Part shown: one piece after another, positions 25,177 through 39,000 of the stretch | Position numbering within the stretch: the stretch's first letter is position 1 | Layout of the letters: every line of letters begins with the position of its first letter | Translations under genes and position numbers: made by a program | Origin: Marsupella aquatica | Taxonomy: Eukaryota; Plantae; Marchantiophyta | Reading direction: 5' to 3' | Assembly (NCBI GenBank): GCA_973895155.1 | Contig: OZ316895.1 | Coordinates: 23,954,281 to 24,018,280 of the forward strand | Length of the DNA: 64,000 nt | Notes under the pieces: generated by a model | Databases searched by the model: none | Seen by the model: only the letters and a program-made list of their open reading frames with translations | What the model was told of the DNA's origin: nothing

Positions 25177-25183
25177 TTAGCAT
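25154..25183 (-). promoter_or_regulatory. 'Tiny'-type uORF (MLNGAQRRR*) starting 7 nt upstream of the small uORF and overlapping it
   Basis: ATG CTA AAT GGA GCG CAA AGA AGG CGT TAG; the small-uORF ATG lies inside it in the +1 frame. Confidence 0.6.
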
Positions 25184-26620
25184 CCACGCTTTCTAAAACA
25201 CACGCAGTTTTCTCTTACTTCTTGAGTTCAATTGAATCTCGCTCAATGGAATCCTCACTGCCCTACTTTTAGAGAGTACTAGAAATTACTGAGCTTCAAA
25301 AAACCATTGATACCTTATCGTCTCCGTCAAGTTGCAAGAGTGGACAAAGATCGACGCTACAGACAGACGGCTCTTCATCGCTAAACCATAAAACCAGCCG
25401 GGATATGAACTACAAGTCTGACCAACGAATCCATTTAGCAAAGGAAATTCATGATCCAAACTCTAGAATCTCAACGAAACAATTAATGATACAAGATGAT
25501 TGCGGATGTTCCACTCGAATGGAGAGCTTCATAGATCAGGAAGCGACTGCAAGCGGACTGTCACTCATGCAGAAGTGCCATTTGCCGGGCACATATATCT
25601 TTGTACATCGTGGCAAAACCCGGGCACTACCATCTGATCTGAGGGCATTTGCGCAGGGTGACGTGAAAGCGCACAAGAGGGCGGGACCAGCGATCGTTCT
25701 CACCTTAATTAGCGAGACTGCAGCCTAGTCTGGGTCATACAAGAGGAGCTCGAAACCCCCAGTAAGATGACGTTAAGTTCTCACTCGCACATGAATTTTA
25801 TGAATTGCGCACATACACTCACAGCTGAGAGACTTGTAGGCAGGCAGGCCCATGACAAGTCTCCTTAACTTCCTCGCCAATTTGAAAGAACCACGAATGA
25901 CCACCTCATTAAGAATCTGGGTTCCGGGCAGAAGTTTGCTGGGGGCAAACTCGTGATCATCGAAATTTTGGGAGGCTGTTTGACTGGCTGCTCGACCCAA
26001 CGAAGAGGGCAATGTCACCAGGTCACACAATTACAATGATAGGCTCGAGTTTGTCAGCGATCCAGGACACCGCCATCGATGTCAAGTCACATTAGAAAAG
26101 ACGTTTTCAAGCCTGGCTTCGGGATCAAGAGAATGGTCTCGATCAAGTGAATAGAAATTCGAGAAGCTCTCTCAGTCAGACTATTCGGAAGCTTGGATAG
26201 TATCGCTCGAGACCATCGTCAGCACGTGTACACACACACAAACAGAATGATATAAAACAATACACTGAAGGCATGAGCAACAAAGCAGAGGCTGGCTATA
26301 AAAGCTTTTTCAGATGCCCAGCTCAGCTCAACCACGGACACGATGCTGCTCGTCTCTGTACCGTAGCCAGAGCTCTCCGATGGCCATGGTTTGTGCCCTC
26401 CATTCAATTCTTTCAGAGCAGAACCGAGCTACCATGGCAGGAGCTAGCTCGACTGCGCTGAGGAGGGAGAAGTGGAGAACGGAAGGACGAACTCGGAAAG
26501 AAAGAAAGAAAAACGGTAGAGCGTCCATAGGTATACAAATTTCCGAACGAAGGGGCCCAAGGCCGGGCGGGACTAGACTGGGGGCAGCGTGCTCTCGTTT
26601 CAAGGCCTGGCTGGGTGAAA

Positions 26621-27480
26621 CCGGGGCTCAAATCATCATCTTAACATTGCCATCTTCTTCTTACCACTATAATATTCAAACCGGGGTCTCAAATCATCAT
26701 CTTAATCCTAACGTTGCCTTTCTTTTACCACTATAATATGTAATCACCGTTGCCATTTTTTAACCACTACAATATGCAATCTGGGGGCTCAAATCATTTT
26801 CAATCATCATCTTAATGTTGCCATTTCTTTTCCACTATAATATGTAATCACCGTTGCCATTTTTTTACCACTACAATATGCAATCTGGGGGCTCAAATCA
26901 TTTTCAATCATCATCTTAATGTTGCCATTTCTTTTCCACTATAATATGCAGTCTGGGGGCTCAAATCATCATCTTCACGTTGCCATTTTTTACCACTATA
27001 GTATGCAATCAGGGGGCTATAATCATCATCTTAACCGTTGCCATTTTTTTACCACTATAATATGCAATCTGGGAGCTCAAATCATCATCTTAGCGTTGCC
27101 ATTGTTGTACCACTGTAGTATGCATTCCGGGAGCTCAAATCATCATCTTAACGTTGCCATTTTTTTACCACTATAATATGCAATCAGGGGGGGCTCAAAT
27201 CATCATCTTAATGTTGTCATTTTTTTACCACTATAATATACAATCCGGATGCTCAAATCATCATCTTAAAGTTACCAGCTCAAATCATCATCTCAACCTG
27301 CCAATTTTTTACCACTATAATATGCTCAAATCGTCATCTTAATTAAAGTTACCATTTTACCACTATAATATGCAATCCTCTTCAATCCAGGGCTCAAATC
27401 ATCATCTTAAAAGTTGCCATTTTACCACTATAATATGCAATCTCATATCAAATCAAAGACTATAATATGCAATCTCATAT
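26621..27480. repeat. Minisatellite, ~57-60-bp unit, roughly 13 degenerate copies
   Basis: Unit GGGGCTCAAATCATCATCTTAACGTTGCCATTTTTTTACCACTATAATATGCAATC repeats with variants. Confidence 0.92.
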
Positions 27481-29112
27481 CCAATCACACTCTTTCTTTC
27501 TCATGGTATCTCTACTATATGTCATTATCTGGTCTCTTTAATAGGAAACCTCCTTGGTTCTTTGACTACAGTATGCATGGCGAAAGCTTTTGCTAACCAA
27601 CAGCCCGTGTACGTAGTGCGCAACTCCCTTTTTATAAGGCAAGTTTTTAATTGGCTATAATTGACTTATATACAATTGACCATGTAACTTAAAAAAATGA
27701 ACATGTTTTGATATAATAAAACTTGATCAAAACCAACTTATATGGATTTTTTTAATATTAAGGTCTACAACCAAACTAGCAGCATTTTAGGATTTTTTTT
27801 AAAATTATAAAAATCTTTTAATAAAAAGACAACATGCATGTTTATGAGTCTTTTTGAATTCTTATCTGGAAAAAGAAGAAATCCAAACCCTTTATATGAC
27901 TTGAAAAAATAAATAAGTGGACAACCCAGGTTTTTCAGATTTCAATTCTTCTCTTAGCCAAGTTTTAGTTCATATAAAATGTAGACCTCTGTTTTTATAC
28001 AAGAATTACTTACCCGGGAGAAACAGATGGTCTTAAAGGTGCCACTGTGCACCATTTCCATGCCAAACCAGTCACCCTCTCTGCAGTTCACACTCTCCTT
28101 GCCAAACTAACTCGGTGACTCCCTATAGCGTCCTACTGCCTGACCACTCTTTTGTGCACAACAAGTGAATACTTTCTCTCAAGCTAGAGTTGTTAGGATT
28201 GACAACACTCTGCAAATCTTAGGTATTCAGTTGTCTGTATAATATGCAAACCTACTCTAACTTTTGCATGGTTTGTTTATGGAACTAGGCTTAACATAAA
28301 AGCTTTGCTCGTAAATGGCTGGTGCTTATAAATAGATGGTGCTTACCAATGCCCATGTCAAGTTCTAGTTGTGCCCCAAAGTCATAACCTAGAGGCTTCA
28401 CTCTAGATGAACTTAGCTTTTGATCTTGCTTTATTAGTAGATGTCCTTCTGGTGGGAACCCCCCTTGGCCAATTCAGTTATGGCAACTGCTTTTACTCAC
28501 CATGAGATGTACCTAAAGATGTCACTGTACACCTTTTTTAGTGCCCTACCCATACATCACCCACCCCCCAGCTCATACAATCCTTTGAATCTAGTTCCCA
28601 GGGTGACTTGCCAACCAATTGCCGACAATATTCTTTATTTACAATAACATTAACCTGTTATACTTATAATTTAAAGGTATCCATTATAGACATTTTACAA
28701 ATTTGAATTTATAATATCTTCTTTTGCCTATGTTTTTTGAAAAATGAGCTACTTTCCATCAAAGACCTATAATGGATCCCACATAGTTGCTACAGTTTTC
28801 AGTAGTTTAAACCCCCAGCTTGACAGGTTCTAATTGTCCAACCAACTCACTTATGTTTAAGAACACTTTGGTTGAACATCAATTACTATCAACAGAGTGT
28901 GCAACAGAGTGGCTTTAGGCTAGTTCATATATAATATGCCATTGTTCAATAATGGATGAGCCTTTGCATGAATTCTGAGGAAAGTCATTGAAAATGAGCA
29001 TGGATGAGGTCACTACTTTAAGAATTCCAGTGACTTTCATTAAGTGACAATATAATCATACTCTTTACTCTCTTAAAATACTGTATCATATAACACGGAC
29101 ATGCGAGGGATG

Positions 29113-29229
29113 CCATTGGGATCACATTCACTCTAGAAAAAAACATACAGTTTTTAATTACTGCCATTTGGATCACATTCACTCTTTGGATCACATTCAC
29201 TCTAGAAATAAATATACAGTTTTTAATTA
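29113..29229. repeat. Short tandem duplications
   Basis: GGATCACATTCACTCT occurs three times and ATACAGTTTTTAATTA twice. Confidence 0.7.
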
Positions 29230-30459
29230 TTTTGTTAGTAAAGATGTTCTAACTCACAATAGTGCCATTATTTTTCTGTATTCATAAAAATGTCACTATT
29301 TTGTATACAGATGACAAGTTTATCAAGGTAACCAAGGGAACTATATACAAAAACTGTGATTATTTTGTAAATACAAAAAAATAGTGTAAATTTAAATATC
29401 TTTAGTGACAATGTACTTAAAAGCTGAGTAAACAAATTGGTTTATACTCAAGAATTAGAATACAGTTTTCTTATCAGTAGTAGTGGTGTCTATTTCAAAT
29501 ACATGCAGTTTTTGAGCAGGTTCTCTAAGATTATCCCACCCATAAAAACAAAACCAAAAAAACCAAAACAAAAGATTATCCCATCCATACAGTTTTTATC
29601 GAGCCATTATTTACACATTTCTCCATTCTTTTATTTCTTCGTCTAGTGTTTGTAAATAATTGTCACTACTCCCCTATCACTCACATAACAAATCACGCTA
29701 CATATTGGCTCCTTGTAAGATTAGTTTTTTATTAATTGAGCTAATACAACACCTACATTAGTAGGCAGAGCCATGCAAGACACACACTATCTAGTACTAT
29801 AATAACAAATCTAGCCACTTTTCTGTCCATGGTCCCATTTACAAAAGTGAAAAAGGAGGGAACAATGCATTGCCATCAGATTTGTGCAAGGTTATTTCAA
29901 ACTGTTGGATTGACTGAACAGGGCATGCAAGATTGTTTTAAAAGTAGATTACCAAGTATAGTATGTGTGATAGAGTACATGACCATGGTGCCAGTGAGTA
30001 CATGACTATGCTACTGTAGCTACTTTATAGCCTACTTAGAGGATTGTCTTGGCATGAAGCAATAAAGTTGTCTTCGCATGGTCAGAGCATTACAGTGAAA
30101 AACTATTTTATAACGGCTAAGAGTATTAAAATGGAAATAGATTGAACTGGAGATAGAAATTTTTGGAGCAAACACTAAAGGAATGTAGATTGACAAGACT
30201 AAGTTGTTGGCTTTTGTTCTTGAGAAGGGAATTTCATCTTTTGGAGGTAAATTTTGTCTTTCTTTCCAAAAAACTTCTCTTTGTAATGGTGTTGAAGGGA
30301 AGAAAAGGGGGACGGTGTCGTGGGGATTCCTTTTAGAAAGCAAGAATCCATATTATATTATTTGAGTTTATGTGAAGAGAGTTTTACTTAAAAGCTTCAT
30401 AGTAGTACTATTAGAACATATATGTTACATTCTATATGTAGTATGTACATTTTACAATG

Positions 30460-31020
30460 GTACACAGTAGTTCCACCATTTACGCATAGTAGTTTTACAA
30501 ACTAGATGCATAGTAATTTCACCAACTACGCATAGTAGTTGCACCAATTACGCATAGTAGTTTCACCAACTACGCATAGTAGTTACACCAATTACGTATA
30601 GTAGTTTCACCAACTACGCATAGTAGTTGCACCAATTACGTATAGTAGTTCCACCAATTACGCGTAATAATTCCTCGGGGGTTTCACTTCCACAAAAATG
30701 GCATATCACGTGCGACGAAGGATAGGATCATTTTATTGGTTCTAAGGGAAGACTTAAGAATTTTTGTAGAAGAACAATAGGGTTTTTTAAATTCAATTTT
30801 GAGACTTATAAGAACATTAGGGTCTTTTTAATCCAATTTTTAGAATATTCCAAGAATATTCCAACTTTATAGGGGTTAAAAAATAATAAAAAATTCTTAC
30901 ATTTTAGGGGGTCCGAGGCCTAAAAACGTCGCAGGCGATGGGGAGGTCCCCATATAGTGAGACCCCCGAGAATAATTCCACCAACTACGCACGGTAGTTC
31001 CACCAACTATGAATAGTACT
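30460..31020. repeat. 22-23-bp minisatellite interrupted by a MITE
   Basis: TACGCATAGTAGTT(T/G/C)CACCAA(C/T) repeats about 9 times before 30673 and resumes after 30978. Confidence 0.88.
30674..30970. mobile_element. Non-autonomous TIR element (MITE), copy 2, 297 bp
   Basis: 15-bp TIRs CTCGGGGGTTTCACT / AGTGAGACCCCCGAG (1 mismatch). 8-bp TSD AATAATTC at 30666-30673 and 30971-30978. Confidence 0.9.
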
Positions 31021-32899
31021 AGCACACTTATAGGTGCTTGATGCTTGCCACTTGGCTTCCATCCAAGGGTCAAGGCATCGATCCATGCCCTCTTGGAAAA
31101 CACAAAGGGGCACTATAAATAAAGTGAAGAGGAGCACACTCTCCTCATTCGCATTTGTTTGATCTATCGTGTTGGACTCGCAACACTGTAAGGAACTCTT
31201 CCCCTCTTGTGCACATGTCTTGTTTATTATTTACCTCGATGCTTGGGTACTAACTTGATTGTTAGCCTTAGAACTGTTTTATGTTTATTAGTCTTGAGAT
31301 CAATTTAGTGTGCTTGTAATGAATAATATGATAAATGGAGTACCTAGAGTTTATCTCCCACCTGCTGTGCCATTTGTCAATCCTTTCTTAATTAGAATTC
31401 ATTGTCTTAGCAAGCATACCATGAGAATGCATCTTCTTTATCATTTTGGGTTTGAGTTAATGGAAACAGTTATGAATAGCGATGCACCATTTGTATACCC
31501 GATTGTTGTTTATGGAAATGAATGGAATGTAACTATTTTTATTTTATATTAGATGGATTTTAATAGACAATCCGTAAATGTACCGGAGTTAGATTTGAAT
31601 AGGCTTCCTACTAATGTGTCTGATTTTTCTTCATCTATTGACATTAGAGTGGTATGTCGTAAGAAGGTTGATTATAGAGATGTTTTAGTTAGAAAGTATG
31701 GAGATGAAAGATACAATGTTATGCTTAGGATGCCAGAGCCTGTGATTATATCATCTATGGTAAATCTTAAGATCATAGTCTTTGTTTTCTATAATTGACT
31801 TATCTAATTTTAGGATTTGTTGGAAATTGCAATCTATGACTTGACTTGGGAAGTAAGAAGAGGATAGGCCGATTCGAGGCTTAGTGTGATGAAGCCGCTC
31901 ATCGTAGAGTGGGACAAAGGCTGTGAGAGATATTTTAGAGGATAACGGTGAGAGAAATTGATCGACAAAGGGGATCGGAAGGGTAATGTGAGGTGAGAAA
32001 AGACGTATTTTGGAAAGGTTTCTTCCAAGATAGAAAAAACAAGAGCTCGGTGCTTCCCAATAACTAAAGATTCCCCCGACAATGGGGAGGGACGAGGCAC
32101 TAGGAGGGCAAGGGGGACAGAAGGAACAAAGAAAGTGAGAGCATGGGGGAACCAGAGGGAAAAAGAGGGTGGCCAAAAAAAAGTGATTTTTAATGTTCTC
32201 CCTCCATATAGCATCCCACAACCCCACTTAGGCCCCACAATGCCCCGGACACTCTTACCAGTCTTGAATTCCCCCACCCTCCATGTGCCCACCCTCCCAA
32301 ACAACATCACTTTCACAACAACAACATTGACTAAAATGACAACATTGCCACAACAACAACCATAACATGATTACACAAATGATATGGTTGAAATTACAAC
32401 ACTTCCACAACAATCACGTAGTAGTATTAATGACAACCCAGTTCAAACAACAATTGACTTATAGAACCATGACACCTGCAGTGACAATGGACCTCAAACA
32501 CACACATTCGCAATGATAATTCTGCAATGCATGGACATAGGGCTCAAAAGTTCACCTCGCCTCCACAACATGTCTTTTTGTCAATGGCTTCCTCCATGAC
32601 ATCTTTTGCACACTGAAATATTTTACATAACTACACTGTTTTTACATTGACATTTCTTGCACAATGACATATTTTACGCTATGACATTATTTGTGCATTG
32701 ATATCTTGTGCACAACAACATCTTTTGCATAACAACATCCTTACACAATGACATGTTTTATGAAACCACTCTTGACCCTATGACGCCCCAACCGCCACTA
32801 TCATGCGCCCCCCCTGCCACCTCCCACACTCCCACACTCTCACCCTCCCCAAGAGAATTGAACTGCTTTCACAACAACACCTTGGGGCCCCGCTTGGGC

Positions 32900-33355
32900 C
32901 ATGCTTAGTTTGCATTGACATTTTTGCCTCGCCTTCACATTTTTTTCATCTTGACATATTTTTATGTCTTTGACATCTTTTCCTCACCTTCACATCTTTT
33001 TCTCAATTCAACCATCCTTTTCTCACCTTGACATCTTTGTTTTATCACAACATCTTTTCTTTCCTTCTCTCCTTTGACATATTTTTCTGTCCTTGGTATC
33101 TTGTACTCACCTCAATATTGTTTTTTCACCTACTAGACATCTTTTCTCTCCTTCACTTTACATCGTTTTCTCTCCTTGACATTTTTTTCTTATCTCAATA
33201 TAGTTTTCTCAGTTTGACATCTTCTTTCCACCTTGACATATTTCTCTCCTTTACATCTTTTCTTAACTCGACGTCTTTCTTTCATCTCAATATGATCTTT
33301 TCTCTCCTGGACATCGTTTCTCATCTTGACATCTTTTTCTCACCTCAACATCTTC
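32900..33355. repeat. Degenerate low-complexity repeat tract (TTGACATCTTTTCTCACC-like)
   Basis: Many imperfect copies of the TTGACATCTTTT/TCACCT motifs. Confidence 0.6.
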
Positions 33356-36076
33356 TGTGCAACGCACAGACATTGGGTGTTGGGCATGAAACACAAATAT
33401 CAATCAGGGCAAAAATTTATATAAAAAAGGCAAACAAGCAAAAGTATAGTTAGACACAAAACCATATCTGACTCCTCATGGCAGTGTTTCACTTTCGAAT
33501 CTCACTACTCTATTACTATACACTTCAAACTACAACTTTCAGAAAGAATCCCCCTTGCACGTATTTGGGGTTGCGGTCTACAACCTAAAACCCAAGGCAA
33601 ATGACCTGTGACCGGAGAATTGGCAAAAATCCTCCTGCTGCCACCTCCAGCCTAAAACCCTCACCAAACTCTAACAACTGCAAACTTATTAATTGCATGC
33701 AAATGGCTTGTTAAAGGGCCTTCAAATGACATGCTCTCCAAAGTTTACAACATGATTTGGTGAAGACCTCCTATTGCACTGACAACCATACTGACCTCAA
33801 TAAATATACATTGTCAATTGCATCAAGACCAATATAAGGAATTAATTTAGAAACTTGCAGAGTTACATACCCAGGCCTTCTCCAATGACAGATTGCTACC
33901 AACGTGATGTGTAGCCTGGTTCAATGTAGTTCCAGATGAGGAGAGGAGATTGAGGAGGATTGCACTGCTGAATGGCTGAAATCTTTGGTGGGGAGCGAGC
34001 AGGGTAACGAGGCAGGAATGGGGGCAGGAAGGCAGGAAGAACCATTAATTTACAATATTCCAGATGTTTATTGTGCCCACAAGGAAGCCCTCAACCAAGC
34101 TCAAATTAGAATTGTCACTTTAGAAGAGGGATGTGTAAAGGAAAGAAGTGGTCAAGACAAAGGAAAGCATTGTCCAAGAGATGATTGGAATGTTGCACAC
34201 TCAAGGCAAACCAGCAGACTGGGTTATTGTAGGAGGAACTGGCTGCTAAGACTAAGGATTGAGGTGGAGGAAGTAGTATCCTTGTGAAGGGAGGCAGTGA
34301 TAGAACTCAAGGAGAATATGTGAAAGCTTGGGCACGTGGGAGGCCTGAAGAAGCAAATATTTGAGAAGTGGGGACAAGATTGAAGTGAGGGCTAACTTAA
34401 GGCCAACTCACATGTGATGGACCCATTGTTTTGCACCCTCAAAAGGATTCATGTCATTGACATACCATTTGGTGAGGCTTCCATGCATACCCTAACGGAA
34501 CCCCTTGTCAGGCAGGCCTGACAGCATCTCAAATGGAGACCCAAGGGCAAGGGCCAGAGAGTTTCCAGACCTTTGAGGTCCCGAGTCCCAAGCCTTGGGA
34601 ATAAAAACCAAAAGAAAACTGTACACCTGTCGTGACCTCGGCCGTGGTTGGGAAGCTGCAGGGAAGCAGATTGTGGCAGATTATGTTGTCAACGAAGAGC
34701 AGCCCTCAAGAATGCAGCTTTGTTGCCAACACAATCTGCCACAATTGCCCTCTCTTGAAGGTAGCCAAGAGGATAAGAGAAAATTGTACTCAGTTGGAGA
34801 AGAAGCTCTAGGAGACCAGGAAGTTCCATGAGTTACAGCATAAGCCCACCCCTTGCAGGAGAGCACCCAAGTGTTTAGGTGCTATCCTACTTAAAGGTCT
34901 TCATACTGACTGAAGTCTAATTGTACCTCAGTATATACAGTTTTTGTATTGTAAAAGTTCATACAGTTGTATTGTGCAAAGTTTATTTTATTCTATACAT
35001 CATACTAATGACGACAAATATGATAGCAATATAACAAGTGATCCAACACACATTACACATTGATATTGGGTTCTCTTTGCTTCCTAACTTTACCAGGCTT
35101 TTGAGTTTGCTGCTCAGTAACGCTCTAGTTCTTTGTTTTTTCCCTAGGTCTGAGACTCTTGGGTTTTTTGGCTCATATTTCTTCCCATATTTTATTCCTT
35201 TCTTTTCCCCTCTTTATTGGGTTTCTTGCCATTGGGATCTAGTCTTCCAGTATAGCACCTTTTCTTCTTTGTAATGTTGTATATACTCACCTAATCTACT
35301 GGATATATATTTTCTCAAGTCACAAGAGTATAATCACTTAAGAGTAAAATGCATTTAACTTAGCCGCCCCATGGCGTTGTGCCTTGTTTCTCTGGTTTGT
35401 GCTGCCATGTTTCCCCCTGCCGCATTTTTGGGGTGAAAAAAGTCTAAAAATTACCCCTTCAAGGATGAATTAACAATCCAAAGATAGTGCAATATCATTA
35501 ATGTATCACCACAAGACACACAGGCAAACATTTCCAGAAGGGCCTCGTTCAAACATTTTAAACCACACCTGTCCCTATAAAGGGCTAGGGGTAACCCGTA
35601 GCTCTCATTCTAAGGAGTAGAAGTTCAAAAATGTATAGAAATGTACTTTGAGCTCCACAAAAGGTGCTAATTGCCAAAAAAAAATTGGCAGGTACTCCAC
35701 AAAACGTGCTAGTGTTTCACCTTTTATGGTGAGTAGTGAGATATGGAATGAGACTTTTATAGTGGTAGGTGTGGTTTAAAGGGGACGAGATAATAAGCGC
35801 GGGAGAAGGTGCCCGCAAAGATGATTTCCGATCAACGGCTTTATGTCCCCTCTAAATGGTGAGCCTAATATCGCAACCGTCCATTTTAACCGCGGTTACT
35901 GAGAACTGGAGGAGACGGTCAGCTTCGTACCACCCCGGGCCGAACAGTCAGTCCCATATGAACAGAGTGTTGTGGAGCGATTTTGAGTTCCGATCAAAGG
36001 ATGGGCGATGGAAGATGTCCAAATGCGCAATCCTCTGCTTCATTGAAGAATTGGCGTTCGATTCGACGGGCCGGAC

Positions 36077-39000
36077 ATGGAGGTCGAGGAGCTGCCTCTC
36101 CCCCCAACGCTGCGCTTCAAGCTCCAAGCTGCAGGCTACCTCACTCTTGACCGCAGCATCTCTCCAATTCAACTGGCAGAAGGTCGGTCACCGAGTCACT
36201 TCTCGGGTGTTTCTGACGTTGTTTACCTTTGTGTTGTAGTGGAATTGGTATTGTGATATTAGCCTACTGCGTCCTCCTTTGGAAGCACTTTGAGCCTTTT
36301 CTCCATGTCTCTGTTGGGCAACTCTTTGATGCATGTTCCTGTCTTCCACTTGTTCAGTGATTTGCATTTCTGTTTCGCCTCTTTTCTTTGCTTGATTGTA
36401 TTTGCTGATCAAATCTGCAAACCCTGGACTGCAAATTGGCACGCTGCATTTCAATGCAAATGGCGAATCCTGCACTTTGTTTGCTAATCGTTGAAGGAGC
36501 AACTCACACTGTGGAAAAGAAGTGATCACTCGGCACGGCAGTGTTTCCTCTCAGCTGCCTCATATTCAATGCCCAATTGTCTCCCCTGTTCACACTTTTT
36601 GTTGTGCTTCTTCACATGTGTAACTATGGACTTCTCGACGAGAAAAATGGATTTCCATCATATGATCACCTGGATAGGCTCTCCAGGCTCTAAATCGTTT
36701 CATTGCAAGTGTTTCATGGGACAAGCACTGTTGTGGGCCTACGCGTTGGACAGAGTATTGGGTTAGTTTCAAAACGATGACCGGAAATTTTCTCCAGCTC
36801 TGAATCTTGTATCTTAATTGTGATGGATAGATCACCTATAGTAGCTGTGCTTCGTGCGTGACAGCGCAATGACTGATGTTGGACGGCTTTACACATGATC
36901 CCTGAAAAACTTTCCAGCCCTACTTCTTTTTAAGGAAAAATATTCTGGATTCTGATGATTCCTGCTTTATCAATGTTGATGCAGATGCAGAAATAACTCC
37001 TAAAGAAGCCTTGGACATTTTGAAGCTTGTTCCTCCCGACAACATTTTGGGGTCGAGTCCAGGCTCGGAAAGCATCATTAAAGGTACCGATGTATTTTCT
37101 TGTGCTTCTAATCGTTTGAAATTATAGCATGATAATCATCTGCTGGGCCGCAGATACTGGAGTGAAAGGTCCCGCTTAATCTCCTTACTGGCATCATTAT
37201 AGTGGGAATTGCAAAGACTTTGGTGAGCTACGGTAAAAACCGTCAAAGCACTAATCTTCGAGAATTTGCTAATCTGTCAGGGAAGTTTCAGAACTAAGTT
37301 AACTCGAGCTCTCATGTGTAGGAGCGCAGACTGCATGGGATATTCTACACAATGAGAAGGGGAGGAAGAGAATAGTCACGTCTTGCAAGGAGCTAGATGA
37401 TATATTGGGAGGAGGGATCGGTTCGAAAGAAGTAACCGAACTTAGTACGTTTGCCGTTGCCCTGGTCCCATTGCAAATCTTTGCTAAACACTTTAGCGAA
37501 GATCGAGGTGTGCCATTGATTGTAGGAAGTGTTTCACGAAGCTAAACCAGAATCCGGAGGTTCTGCTTTGTTGTGCTCGTGTCTAGTTATTTTTAATATT
37601 GCAGGTGTAACCTTTCAAGATGCTAAAACTCACTTCAGAGTAGTTTGCTATTTTGCATTTTCATGGACGTCGCGATCTATTGACATACCTTTTTTTCGTG
37701 GATAGGTGGTGTACCTGGAGTTGGGAAAACTCAACTGGGGTATTTCCTTGTGTACTTTCTGCCCTCAAGCCACAGATTCTGCTTTGTCCATCCGAGAATT
37801 TGGGGTCGCTGTTGGCAGGATTAGATACGATTCTACCAATTAGGAGACATCTCTGACTGTGGCGTATTAGAATTTGATCATGTTTTCTGCCATTCTACAG
37901 AATACAGCTCTCCATCAATGTCCAGATTCCTCCAGAGTTTGGTGGCGTTGGTGGTCACGCCGTCTATATTGGTGATTATCGCATCTAAATTTCTTTGGTT
38001 TTGTACATAATTTTTAACTACTGCTTGACGTTTTGTGATTATTAGTCTTCTGAAAAAACACTTCTATTTTTGGAGTTAATAATTAACGAAGTTTTCAGAC
38101 GACTGTGCCATTCGAGCAGAATATTGAAAATGAAAATTCACGTGCAAACACAAAATCATCCTATTTTAGACTCAAAAAACAGAGTATCTTATTGACCGGG
38201 AATCATTTTTTCAAGCATTTGCGGGTTACAAGTCGAAACTGTTCTTCCAGCACCTGGATTTCAACAGTCCTTCCTGTTGAGTGACATTAATTGTACTACA
38301 TAAGTCTGAGATACAAATCCTCACCTGTTTGGTGTTCTTTTTTCTTCTAATTGGCAGATACAGAGGGTAGCTTCATGATTGAGCGCGCTATTCAGATGGC
38401 TGAGTCGTGTCTCCAGGAGATTGAGAAACGAGCACCTGCAGACCTTCAAGTAAACCTAGAGCAAATTAAGGAAAAGCTTAGTGTTAACACCTTCCTGTCT
38501 CATATATATTACTTCCGAGTCCATAGCGCAGCAGAGCAAATAGCTGTTGTCAACAGGATGGAAAATTTCCTGTCGGAGCACGAGCAGGTAATATACTCTT
38601 CCTTGCACGTCGACAGAAACAGGTTTCTCTTTGACAATTGCAATAAGAACAACCTCAATCGGTTATGGTTTGATATGTGTTCACCAGCTCCTTTGTTATA
38701 AACTGTCAAAATAACGAAGCGAGAATTCTTTATGTAGATCAGATTGAGCTGCAAACCTTTTGTCGCAGTTATCCCAGATATGACTCCTGATGTAATTGTT
38801 ATATACCTTTATGGTCTTCTCTTTCATCGATCTGGTCGGAACCTTGTACAGGTGCGACTGATTGTCATTGACAGTGTAGCATTTCATTTTCGTCAAGGTT
38901 TTGAGAGTATGGGGGAAAGGACTCGTATCCTTTGCAGCTTGGCTCAAACTCTTGTGGGACTTTCAGAGAAGCATGAGCTTGCGGTAAATTTGCTCCTCAA

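Noticed and set aside
26621-27480. CRISPR-like periodicity
   Set aside because: Whole units repeat with no unique spacers, there are no cas genes, and the context is eukaryotic; it is a minisatellite.
33028-33453. Hydrophobic 141-aa ORF resembling a membrane protein
   Set aside because: It is a translation of a T/C-rich degenerate repeat.
33900-34900. Coiled-coil/gag-like fragments
   Set aside because: Too decayed; no diagnostic retroelement motif found.
35797-36046. E2F-like GCGCGGGAGA and a short uORF (36008-36046) upstream of RAD51C
   Set aside because: Imperfect match to the TTTSSCGC consensus and unknown TSS; cannot be told apart from chance.
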